From NCBI GenBank assembly GCA_905178155.1, contig CAJINV010000009.1, positions 1 to 64,000 of the forward strand: a stretch of 64,000 nt of DNA, given 5' to 3'. Under the pieces are notes generated by a model. The model did no database searches and was not told where the DNA came from. It was given only the letters and a program-made list of their open reading frames with translations. The stretch comes from Amoebophrya sp. A120 (Eukaryota; Protista; Dinoflagellata). The translations under genes were made by a program, and so were the position numbers. Position 1 is the stretch's first letter, and each line of letters begins with the position of its first letter. Shown one piece after another: positions 1-12,188 of the stretch.

Positions 1-3000
1 CGCCTGGGCCAATCAAACCCCGCGCATTCGGCAGGCTCACGCGCATGCATTTTATTGGCTCCAGCCTCGAGCCAGTCGCAGGACCGTCTGGTCCTAAGAG
101 CACAGCGCCCGAAGGCGGCGCCGAAGCGCAGTCGCGCTCGCCCGAACGCGAACAACCGAAGGTGGGGGCGGCTCCAAAAGCCGCGACCCGGCGGTGGGGC
201 ATCACAGCCAACGAGCTCTTCCGGACGGAAGAGGGGGGCGACCGAGCCCCCGAAACCCCACCGCCACCACGCTCTTTCGGGCGGAAGTGCTCGACCAATG
301 ATGAGGCGTCGCAACGGAAGCGCCGCATGCGATGGCATGCGAGCAAGGCCCCGATGAAGCGCCAATCAGCGCCAGCTGCGCGAAGCAGGCGGCCCTACGA
401 CAAGGCCAAAACCACCGCAGTCTGACAAGTAGCGCCACAGAAATATCTGTCCAAACGCCGGGCGCTACCTGCGAAGCATGCGCTAGCGCACCAACGCCGC
501 CCTCATCCATTCCGGATGGCCCGCCGCATTCGGGTCCTGATAGGAGACCCCACGAAGCCCCCAACCGCGGCAGCCGTAGCTGCCATCAGTGCACACACAT
601 CTTCCGCAGCAGCAGCTAGCGCCAGTAGCAGTGGGGCTCGCAAACAGTGCCAAAACAAAGGCGACGAAGCGCCGCGACCAGACGCGGTGGCTCGGTAGTC
701 ATCGCTCCGCGCCTACTGATGCGCAAGCGATCCAGGTCCGCGCGTGGTGGATGTAGCTTGCGCCACGCGCGACCAACCCACATTGGACGCGACGCCCGGC
801 GGCGCCAGTCATTACGCAATCGGCAAGACAAACCGAGCCCGACTCCGGGCAGCCTGCAAGCAAGAGTGAGCCAATCAGGGGCCCTAACCAGCCCGCGGCC
901 CCGGCGCAAGCATCCGGCCGGAACGAAATCGCGCATGACGCGGTGATTGCATCGCCTGCTGGCCGAAGGAAAAGGCCAGCAGAAAGCAGCCGCACCTGCA
1001 GCATGCTGTAAGCGCCGCGCGATCACCGTGCGCACCTCCGAGAAACCCAGGCGACGAAGCCTCGCTTCCAAGGCAGGTCGGACAAGCGTCCTCGCGACCA
1101 AGCGCCAGCAACCGTGCGGGGTGAGCCCAGCCTGAGCTGAACCCGACCGGCCCGCCTCGGAAGCAGAGCTCGTCGCCAGACGATGCAGCGAGAACTTGCG
1201 CGAAACTGTCATGTCCGCAGACAGAGGCCGCTGCGACCCGAAAAACGGGAGACAGCCGAAGCGGCGATGCCCATCTCACGCAAATGCGCCTCGAAAGGGG
1301 GGCTCGCACTAAGTAAGGTCAATCCTGGCGCCACCGCGCCCGTAAGCCACAGCGCAGCTACAACAGACTCAGCACCAACACCAACAACCGGAAGCCATAG
1401 CGACAGCCAGCTACTACAGAGACTGAACGGCGACAACCGCCGGGCCGAAATCCCTCTGGTGCCACGACACGTGGCTTGCCCCATGCGAAACGAGCCGTCG
1501 CGCTGGCCTAGATGCCAGCAGCAGCAATGCAAGTTGGCAACGAAGTGTCGCTCCCGACGTGAGTCGGTCGCAACAGCTTTGCACCGAAGCGCAAACGCCG
1601 CGCACCCGCGTGGGGTGAGTTCGGCCGGAGCCGAACCCGACCGACCCACCTCGGGAGCGACGCTCGTCGCCACCAAACATCACCAAAACGCGCGCCGCGG
1701 TAAACTGCGACCTTTTCAACCCCGAGGGGGAACCCCATAGAGGCCCGCGCTTGGCAGCAAAGCCATCAAGCAGGGACGCGTCGACCTGCGGCGGAAGTAT
1801 GGGCAAGCCTAGCTAGGCTCCGCAATCTCAAATACCACAGAGCCGACCACCGGCGTCAACCCGGGCGCGCTTCGCACAAGAAGCTCCATCACCTTGGGTC
1901 TGAGGCCACTGCAGATCGGCGCAGACAACGTCGAGCCACGTGCCACAGGCTGCACTACCTCACCACGAGGCGCAACGCAGGTCGCAACACAAACTCCCCA
2001 GCGCATAGGGGGGCTCCAACACGTAGGAGCGCAGGCCGCATCGACGCGTCGATGCTACAGCCTGCTCAGCAACACCGGCGCCGGCATTCCGCATGAATGT
2101 CCGACCCGACCCTGTGCTACACACAAGCACAGGCACCTGCAGTGGGGGAGGGCGGTGAGCTCCTCCAGGGAAACCGGCCTGGGCACAATCGTGTGCCCAC
2201 GGGCCTACAGCTTTCCCTGCTGCCCAATCATACAAAACAGCCAGGCATGAAGCCTGGCGATCGCAATAGCAGCTGATCACAGACAGCCCGGTAGGCCGGG
2301 CTCGCACGAACGTACCACGACCAGTGCCGGGCGCCGTCTGAGAGATAACTGACTGCGGCCAAGGAGTCAGGGGGACCACTTATGGTCGAAGGGGCCCGAG
2401 CGCCCGGACCACCGCGGGCCCCGCAGGGAGGGGGGGGCGCGGCCCCCCGAGTGATTCCCGGAAAAGCCTACCCGGCAAACAACCGCCCCGGGCAAGGATG
2501 CCCGCCCCTGCGCAACCGCTTGCCCACCCAGCGCACCAGCCGGCCGCGACCTTGGCCGCGCCTGGGCCAATCAAACCCCGCGCATTCGGCAGGCTCACGC
2601 GCATGCATTTTATTGGCTCCAGCCTCGAGCCAGTCGCAGGACCGTCTGGTCCTAAGAGCACAGCGCCCGAAGGCGGCGCCGAAGCGCAGTCGCGCTCGCC
2701 CGAACGCGAACAACCGAAGGTGGGGGCGGCTCCAAAAGCCGCGACCCGGCGGTGGGGCATCACAGCCACCGAGCTCTTCCGGACGGAAGAGGGGGGCGAC
2801 CGAGCCCCCGAAACCCCACCGCCACCACGCTCTTTCGGGCGGAAGTGCTCGACCAATGATGAGGCGTCGCAACGGAAGCGCCGCATGCGATGGCATGCGA
2901 GCAAGGCCCCGATGAAGCGCCAATCAGCGCCAGCTGCGCGAAGCAGGCGGCCCTACGACAAGGCCAAAACCACCGCAGTCTGACAAGTAGCGCCACAGAA

Positions 3001-5168
3001 ATATCTGTCCAAACGCCGGGCGCTACCTGCGAAGCATGCGCTAGCGCACCAACGCCGCCCTCATCCATTCCGGATGGCCCGCCGCATTCGGGTCCTGATA
3101 GGAGACCCCACGAAGCCCCCAACCGCGGCAGCCGTAGCTGCCATCAGTGCACACACATCTTCCGCAGCAGCAGCTAGCGCCAGTAGCAGTGGGGCTCGCA
3201 AACAGTGCCAAAACAAAGGCGACGAAGCGCCGCGACCAGACGCGGTGGCTCGGTAGTCATCGCTCCGCGCCTACTGATGCGCAAGCGATCCAGGTCCGCG
3301 CGTGGTGGATGTAGCTTGCGCCACGCGCGACCAACCCACATTGGACGCGACGCCCGGCGGCGCCAGTCATTACGCAATCGGCAAGACAAACCGAGCCCGA
3401 CTCCGGGCAGCCTGCAAGCAAGAGTGAGCCAATCAGGGGCCCTAACCAGCCCGCGGCCCCGGCGCAAGCATCCGGCCGGAACGAAATCGCGCATGACGCG
3501 GTGATTGCATCGCCTGCTGGCCGAAGGAAAAGGCCAGCAGAAAGCAGCCGCACCTGCAGCATGCTGTAAGCGCCGCGCGATCACCGTGCGCACCTCCGAG
3601 AAACCCAGGCGACGAGGCCTCGCTTCCGAGGCAGGTCGGACAAGCGTCCTCGCGACCAAGCGCCAGCAACCGTGCGGGGTGAGCCCAGCCTGAGCTGAAC
3701 CCGACCGGCCCGCCTCGGAAGCAGAGCTCGTCGCCAGACGATGCAGCGAGAACTTGCGCGCAACTGTCATGTCCGCAGACAGAGGCCGCTGCGACCCGAA
3801 AAACGGGAGACAGCCGAAGCGGCGATGCCCATCTCACGCAAATGCGCCTCGAAAGGGGGGCTCGCACTAAGTAAGGTCAATCCTGGCGCCACCGCGCCCG
3901 TAAGCCACAGCGCAGCTACAACAGACTCAGCACCAACACCAACAACCGGAAGCCATAGCGACAGCCAGCTACTACAGAGACTGAACGGCGACAACCGCCG
4001 GGCCGAAATCCCTCTGGTGCCACGACACGTGGCTTGCCCCATGCGAAACGAGCCGTCGCGCTGGCCTAGATGCCAGCAGCAGCAATGCAAGTTGGCAACG
4101 AAGTGTCGCTCCCGACGTGAGTCGGTCGCAACAGCTTTGCACCGAAGCGCAAACGCCGCGCACCCGCGTGGGGTGAGTTCGGCCGGAGCCGAACCCGACC
4201 GACCCACCTCGGGAGCGACGCTCGTCGCCACCAAACATCACCAAAACGCGCGCCGCGGTAAACTGCGACCTTTTCAACCCCGAGGGGGAACCCCATAGAG
4301 GCCCGCGCTTGGCAGCAAAGCCATCAAGCAGGGACGCGTCGACCTGCGGCGGAAGTATGGGCAAGCCTAGCTAGGCTCCGCAATCTCAAATACCACAGAG
4401 CCGACCACCGGCGTCAACCCGGGCGCGCTTCGCACAAGAAGCTCCATCACCTTGGGTCTGAGGCCACTGCAGATCGGCGCAGACAACGTCGAGCCGCGTG
4501 CCACAGGCTGCACTACCTCACCACGAGGCGCAACGCAGGTCGCAACACAAACTCCCCAGCGCATAGGGGGGCTCCAACACGTAGGAGCGCAGGCCGCATC
4601 GACGCGTCGATGCTACAGCCTGCTCAGCAACACCGGCGCCGGCATTCCGCATGAATGTCCGACCCGACCCTGTGCTACACACAAGCACAGGCACCTGCAG
4701 TGGGGGAGGGCGGTGAGCTCCTCCAGGGAAACCGGCCTGGGCACAATCGTGTGCCCACGGGCCTACAGCTTTCCCTGCTGCCCAATCATACAAAACAGCC
4801 AGGCATGAAGCCTGGCGATCGCAATAGCAGCTGATCACAGACAGCCCGGTAGGCCGGGCTCGCACGAACGTACCACGACCAGTGCCGGGCGCCGTCTGAG
4901 AGATAACTGACTGCGGCCAAGGAGTCAGGGGGACCACTTATGGTCGAAGGGGCCCGAGCGCCCGGACCACCGCGGGCCCCGCAGGGAGGGGGGGGCGCGG
5001 CCCCCCGAGTGATTCCCGGAAAAGCCTACCCGGCAAACAACCGCCCCGGGCAAGGATGCCCGCCCCTGCGCAACCGCTTGCCCACCCAGCGCACCAGCCG
5101 GCCGCGACCTTGGCCGCGCCTGGGCCAATCAAACCCCGCGCATTCGGCAGGCTCACGCGCATGCATTT
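1..5168. repeat. GC-rich tandem repeat, 2558-bp unit (two full copies plus 52 bp; truncated at window start)
   Basis: cgcctgggccaatcaaacc starts at 1, 2559 and 5117. The ORF track repeats with an offset of exactly 2558 and only a few substitutions. No credible protein. Confidence 0.95.
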
Positions 5169-5858
5169 GCGCCCCAGATTGCGCCGATAGAGAATTTTTA
5201 TTTTTTTGAAAATTTTTTGACATGGGCAAAATTTGTTATAAAAGAAGTATAAAGCTAAGAATTACGGCACCTCTATGCTCATCTGCATGGTATATTGAGA
5301 CCGTGAACCCTTGGTGGCCTATTTTTCTTAATAATTCTCGACACTGAAACTTTTGAAATTTTTTGACTTAAAAAAAACCAATAGAGTTCAGCTATCGACA
5401 TTGGCAACGCATTACCATTGTCCAATATGGACGGAATTCTAGTAAAGTTGGTGCTTTGATAGAGCTGAACTTCCGGAAGTTGTGATGTGCCTGGTCGTTT
5501 GTTTTTTTTTTTGAAATTTTTTTCCCTTCGGAAAAAATGGAGGATGGGAATTCTATCTAGCAGCTTATCAGATAGCCTGCCGCTCTCCATGCTTCTATAA
5601 CGGCCTACAAGTGAGCTACTGGGCCGGTTTCCGTCCGGACCCCACCCACCCACCCCTGCAGAGCTTGCAAGACTGCTGATCGCCACTAAGGCCCACCAGT
5701 TGGGGTCGCGCAGCCAAGGGGGTGCCCACCCCGGTCCCCCTACCCCTGGAGTAGCGTCCCCACTGTACTTAAATTGGGCACATGGCGCCCGATCTGAGTA
5801 TCTTCTATATATGTGGTCACCGGATTGCGTTGGCAGTAATGGTTCGAACCTCCGGACC

Positions 5859-6982
5859 CGATGGCCCAACATCGCTCAATTCCCCCTAGCCACCTGTGTA
5901 GCCCGGTTCAGAGAGCGCTGCTGCACCCGGCCGTCGGAGCGGAGGTGATCACGGACATGGCCTCGGGGGCCTTGCAGTTTCCTTTACGAAGGCGCGCGTG
6001 AGACCGTGAATGAGTATGCAGCTGCGTGAGCCTGCCGAATGCAGCCGGTTTGACTGCATTAGATGCGTAAGGGGCGCGCATCCCCTTCCTCGCTGCGTAG
6101 AGTGCACCTTCGCAGCGGTTCGATCGTTGAGCGCGAGAGACATTGCGCTTGAGAGCTGAGCGCGAGAGAATCGCGCTCGTTCGTATTGGCAGCAGGGAGT
6201 CCTCCTGCTGAGATTTTTTCTCAGCGTTGGCTCTCCGTGGTCTTACCATCCACGCCAACTGCAGGCACGCTTGTGCCACCCCACTGGTTGGGGTGTGATT
6301 GCAGGGCGATCGCATCTTGTTCTGATGCGCCCTAGTTGCACTTGCGTTACACGCCCCCCTCTCGATGAGGGGCGCTGTTTCGCGTCCTCGATCGGACGCT
6401 GCTGCCGCTACGCAGCCCGATTCCTGCTTGATTGTGCGCACGATGCGCCCCGCCGTGATTCGGCGCCCGCTCGCACGGCCGCGTGCTCGTTCCGGCCGCT
6501 GTTGGCCCGGTCGCACATGGCAGATGCATGTGCTTCCCCCCCCTGTTGCTGCTCGTTTTGCTTTTAGCCAGGCTGTCTACGATCCGTAGACAACCTGCGC
6601 GCGCTCACACGCGCCTCGCGTAGGATGCGACGCCCGATGATCCGCCGCGGAACACGTTGTTCCCCCGCTCTAGGCCGTCTACGATCCGTAGACGCCCTAG
6701 TGGCGCTTGGTCGCGCCACCGCTCGCGCTTGCTCGATGACCCGCCGCTGCGGGTCCGCTGCAGCATGCGTAGGACCCAAGGGTCCTGTCGGCGTTTTGGC
6801 GCAGCTCTCGAGGCAGGTCCGTCGCGATGGCCCAACATCGCTCAATTCCCCCTAGCCACCTGTGTAGCCCGGTTCAGAGAGCGCTGCTGCACCCGGCCGT
6901 CGGAGCGGAGGTGATCACGGACATGGCCTCGGGGGCCTTGCAGTTTCCTTTACGAAGGCGCGCGTGAGACCGTGAATGAGTA
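5859..6982. repeat. 158-bp direct repeats (5859-6016 and 6825-6982) flanking an 808-bp spacer
   Basis: cgatggcccaacatc...ccgtgaatgagta occurs twice, 966 bp apart. Confidence 0.9.
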
Positions 6983-7981
6983 CAACTTGCAATGCATCGG
7001 AGCGGCTTTTTATGCGTCCGGCTCTTCGCTTCGTGATCACCCGGCGCCATGCCGCGGCTGCGGTCGAAGAAGAATGGCGCCGCGGTGACGACCGTGATGT
7101 AGTATGCGACGGGGAATACCGAGTGCACGGCGCTAGCGCAACCGGCTCGCGACGTAGCATCGACCGAAAATGAATCCTGCCGCGACGCGGGAGGGGGCAG
7201 CGTGCCAAAGGCACGGTCGCGCTCAGCTACTGGCATGAGTGTACACGCCTTTGTTGTATCTTTGTTGGAACCCGACCTACTTCAGCAGGTCGCCTCCGTG
7301 AGATCTGGCGCTCGAAGAAAATCTGTGCCGGTCACCCACTTTCGCCACGTGGCGCCGAAAAACGACGCAGGATCAGCGGAAAACCGCAAGTAGGAGACAA
7401 CGAAGTCAGGATCAGTAAGATAAAGATACTATTAGACTCGCACCTCCATCACACTCGAGAGCTTACAAGCACGGTCTGCGCCGCGGCTGCTACCCTGAAG
7501 ACACAGCTTCGCTCGCCTGTATAGAAACATCGTGCCAGACCATGCAGCTCGGACGTGGTCTTCTCTTTTCGGTGTCATCTAGTTGTGGTCGGTCGTAGGA
7601 AAACAATATCTGACTGACAGTCGTATTGAAATGCCCCCTGATATTCGGTCTTCGCGTACGTGTTGAGCCAACTTGTGGTGCTGATGGTGATTCATCGTGG
7701 CGGGACATGTCTTTAAGCGTAAGCGCGTCGCTAACACCACAAACTCTGCCTCGGAATGGGTTGAAGCGCTCAGCGTAGCTGTCAAAATGAGCTACTTCGT
7801 CTTGTGGCATTGACCACAAAGGCCATCTTTTCATTCCCAATCCACCGCGCTAGCTACCGGCCCAATTTCAATATTACACGCTTCAAAGGGCGGAATTGTA
7901 TACGCTTCGACGCCCAAGCAGTTGTCATTGTAAGTATGTAGCAAAGTTCAGTGTCACTTTTTATTTTCCTCTTGGTTCAAC

Positions 7982-10900
7982 ATGGTACAGGAGGCCGCCG
8001 CCAAGCAGGAACAGTCTACTCAAGAAGTGGAAATCGAACTGCCGACGCTGACGAGCGGAGGCGGTCCGGCGGCGCCCCCCGCGGCCGCGAGTGCCAGCGG
8101 CAAAGCCACGGCGAGTAATATCGCTGGCGCCGCTCCGGTTGCCGCGGCCGACGTTGCAGTTGATGTTGCTGACGGCGGAGAACGGGATCCTGGGCGTACT
8201 TCATCTTCTAATGAGCTGCGACAAACCAACACCTCCAAAACCAAGGCGAAGGCCGCGGACCAAGACGCCGGTAGAAGATCGCAGGACGTCGGCGAGACAG
8301 GTCAAGGGGCTGCTGGAACAGCAGGAGATGCGGAGCCTTCGGACGGTAAAGCCAAGCCGCTCACACCGGAGCAAGTCGCGATGCAAACGGACGCTGCGAA
8401 GCGCGGTTTCATCGTGAAGATCTTGATTCTCGCCTGCTTTGTGGACACCTTCACCATGGTTTTGTTCATGCCGGCAATCAACATCCTGACGCAGAACGCC
8501 GAGGGCGGCCCCATCGAGGCTTACGCCGGCGCTCTTTCCGCCGCGGCGTCCGCGGTTCCGCCGAACGACCGCGGCGCGCGCGAAGCGGTGTGGGAGGCCC
8601 AGGGCATGGCTGACCTCGGCCTGTCCGACGAGTTCAAGGAGCTGTTTTTCACTTACGACGTCGCGGTGTTCAACACACTTCCGGGTTTGAAAGCGTTGGC
8701 GTTTGAGAAACTCGGCATGCCGAAGGCGTTTGACGCGGACGACGTGCCATTTAAGTTTTCGGCATCGTCAAATTTTCTCGCCGTGGTGATCGCGGTGACG
8801 AGCGCGGTTGGCCAGGCCGCGTGGGGTAACATTAGCGACAACTACGGCCGGATGCCCGCCCTCCACGCCGCGCACCTCGGCGCGTTCGCCGCGTTTGCGT
8901 TGATGTATCTCTCGGGCGTGTCCGGGGGCAGCTACTGGGGCTTCGCGGCTGGCCTAGCGCTGAAGGGGTTCTCGAATAGCACGCTGACGGTTGTGAACGG
9001 GTACATCCGGGACATCATGTCGGACGAGGAGGCAGGCCCAGGCGTGGCTGGAGACTTTGATGGGCGTGAACTTCCTCGGTGGTGCTACCGCGGGTCTGGT
9101 CTTGATGCCGTTTGTAGAGGGGCGGGGCGAGAATGTTTGGCGTGACCTGGGTCGCGTTCGGGAGCGTTGCGGTTTGCTACGCCCTTTTGTTGCTGTACGT
9201 GAAGGAACCCAAGAAGAAAAAACATGCCGACGAGTATCACGAGCTGCTCTCGGTGGAGGAAGAAAAGGATGCTGTTCTTACACCGGCCGGTTTACTAGCA
9301 ACTGAGGATGCAAGTAAGAGCACCGCCTTGGCGGTCAAAGCCGGTTCGCCAGAAACGGATGAGTCGAAGGACGCCACCAAGGGAAGCTCAGAAATTCCCG
9401 CTGCACCAGCGGCCAAAATAGAACCGAAGAACAAGATGTCGGACTTGCAACGAAAGATCCTCTGGATCACGATCGTTGGCTGCTCGTTCGATTCCGCCGG
9501 CGACGAGGGGACACGCATTGCGCGCGGCACGGTTCTGCAAAATGTCTGGCCCGCCACCAATGACATCATGTTTCAGAACGTCCTCCTCTTGTCCCTGATC
9601 GTCATCATCTGCCTCTCCATGGCCATCACCGGTATCGGCAGGGCGAAGGTCGGTCTCGGCGCGACGGCCGCCCTCGGCGCGGCCGCGACGTTGGGGACCC
9701 AACTCTGTTTGAACAAGGCCATCATCCACCATAAGAATTACACCACGTTTTTGGCGGTGTGGTATTTCGGGAAGCTGTTCGGGATCTGCAGCTCGTTGGC
9801 GGCATTCTTCATTGTGAACGACTACTCGCCGAAAGACCAGATCGGTACGTGGAGCGGGCGGCTCCAGCTGGCAATGGGCGTGATGGAGGCGATCTCGATG
9901 TCAAAAGGAAAAATCCCCCCTCCCCATATCGGAAACGAAATTTGTGATGCTGGATTTGAGTACACAAATCAGATTTGTCTTGCTGAAGAGGACTGCAGGC
10001 CCACATCAAGCCTGAGTAGAGAGGTTTTGGCCTAGGCGCTTAGCATGAGAAACGTCTGCGCTGTAGGCCAAACAGCATCACAAACCGCCTGCATAATGCG
10101 GCGGAGCCTGTGGAATTGCCTTCTTTCAAGACAGAGATCATTTGCGGTCGCAAATCAGCATTGCAAATTTTCTGCGACGTACCTTTTCGACATGGGGAGG
10201 GGGGATTTTTCCCCGGGATACTCGACCATGACCATCGCAAATGTGTACGACGCGGCAAATGAACCAGACGCGGATGGGAAGTTATCGGAAGACGGAAAGT
10301 ATACGGCTTTTTTTTCCTTTTGCTTTTGAACTTTGCATGGTTGGACCACCGAAGTAGACTTGAAAAAGTATGGCAATCGCCAGTGCCGAGCATCCCTGGG
10401 TTTCAGGGTTTTAGGATTTAGGCTTATTTCTCCCCGTTCGTCCACATGATATCGTACTCTACAACTGCGCTGGGCGCCAGTACTAGCACGCAGCACCATT
10501 CTTGGTTTTCGCTTCCTGCCCACGAGAGACATAAAATTTCCGCAGGTACGGTGTGGTCGCCATGTTTGTGACCGCGGGCGTTTCCACCATGGCCGTGTTC
10601 GCGTACGCCCCACTGATCCGCATGGTCCCCGCGCCGTTCCGTGCGGATGCAGAGCGCGAAAAGAAATTCACCTGCAAGTCGGTGGAGGAGTACCTCGCGC
10701 TGTCCGACGGCGACTGGGGGAAGCTGACCTACGAGGAAATCGACTACTACGAGGCGAAGCGCTACGCGAAGGTGCTCGAGCAGGCGGAAAAGGACAAGCT
10801 GGACGTGCAGGAGGCCCTCGCGGGGATTGTGCCACGGCAACCGAAATGGGGCGCCTACCCCGCCAACGGCGCCGCCGACGACGGGGGGGAGATTGCGGCC

Positions 10901-11519
10901 TTTCTTTCGAATGCCAGTGCGAATTTGCAGTTCGTGAAGACGAGGCTGACCGGTTCGCTGACGGACCACGCGAAGATGGAGGAGGAACGAAAAATGATAG
11001 TGGCCTACCAGAAAAACGTGGACGAGAAGGTCAATAGGGAGGAGCAGGCGATTCAGATGGGCAAGTGGCTGGCGGGCTACTTCGACGACGCGGGGTACAC
11101 CGACTGGAGCACCACACCGCAATTTTTCAAGGCGATGATGGTGGGGGCGTTCCCGCCCATCACGCCGCTGGATGGCTCCCGGGTGGACTACCAAACGGTC
11201 GACATGGAGAAGTTGTACGTGGGGTACATGTATGCATTGGAAAAGCATCGGATAGCAGGTAGTGCCTGCAGCATAAAAATTATTTTCGGGTGCAATGCAG
11301 TTTTTTATTTTCTTGAGAAATTTGTGTAAACGTAAAGATGCCTCTTTTGCTGGTGCGCTATATGCTTTTGCAATGCATAGTGTGAAATCATCGGACCGAC
11401 TGTTGGGGAACACGATCGCGGTGCAGAAAGACAAGGGGAGTGCCTTGGGTGGAGCCACAAAAGATAAGACGCAATTGATGGGAGTCACGAGGACGCTGTC
11501 GCACGGAAAGCTGAAGTGA
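7982..11519 (+). CDS. MFS-type multi-pass transporter; three introns and two apparent frameshifts near 9035 and 9135
   Basis: WGNISDNYGRMP (MFS motif A-like) and multiple hydrophobic helices. Introns: introner 9899-10225, GT-AG 10299-10545, GT-AG 11230-11380. Joins read ...EAIS|TMTIAN...DGK|YGVVAM...GYI|VKSSDR...KLK*. Confidence 0.75.
9899..10220. mobile_element. Introner family A (322 bp), reverse orientation
   Basis: TIR ggaaaaatcccccctccccat / atggggaggggggatttttcc; 5-bp direct repeat ctcga at 9894-9898 and 10221-10225. Confidence 0.9.
11231..11379. mobile_element. Short TIR element filling a GT-AG intron
   Basis: tatgcattggaaaagcat ... atgcttttgcaatgcata. Flanking G bases create GT at 11230 and AG at 11379-11380. 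Confidence 0.65.
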
Positions 11520-12188
11520 GGAGCCGGCCCGGATTTTTATCTTCAGTTGCTGGCAGGGAAGTGTACTTCTAAGAAAGCAGCAGAGCGGGGTAAAAACCCC
11601 GAAATGCGCAGGCTTTCGCCGTGCTTGAGTGGCAAACTCATGTTCGAAACTCTACAAGCCGCAGTGTTCTTCTTTGCAGGCGTTTCCGGCACATGTGCAG
11701 ACGACTTTGGTGTTGAAGGAAAAGATGATGCGCTGCAAAGTCAACATATTTATAATATTTATTGCGCTAATTCCGTAGTCGTGCGAATCGTTCCGAAGTC
11801 AGTATCGTGCAAATCGTTCGGCGTTGAAGTACCGTTTTCGTGCGAAAGTCAGCCGCTGTTTTCGTAGTCGGTCCGCTGTTCTACTATCGTTCGTTCACTT
11901 TCCGTAATCTTTGCTCTTCCGTAGTCCATCGCTTCGTGTAGAACAAGGTTGCTGGTTGAGAATCGTTCATGATCGGCAAGCTGAGCCAATAACTTCACCC
12001 AGATTTTTCTTCTGTCCCTTTTCATCCCGATTTCACACTGTGCGAGCGCTTTACGAATAAGTAGCTCTTCGTCTTATCACACCCTTCAACCAGTCTTGTC
12101 TGTGTTTGTACCGTTTCGCTCTGATTCATTGCGTTGCCCATCTACATTGCACGACGCTCCTTTTGGTTCGTTTTTACAAACAGGAACC

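Noticed and set aside
5859-6982. LTR retrotransposon or TRIM
   Set aside because: The repeats lack TG...CA ends, and no TSD, primer-binding site or coding domain is visible.
1-7400. Many overlapping 60-200 aa ORFs in the repeats
   Set aside because: Arg/Ala/Pro-rich with no motifs; expected by chance in GC-rich repeat DNA.
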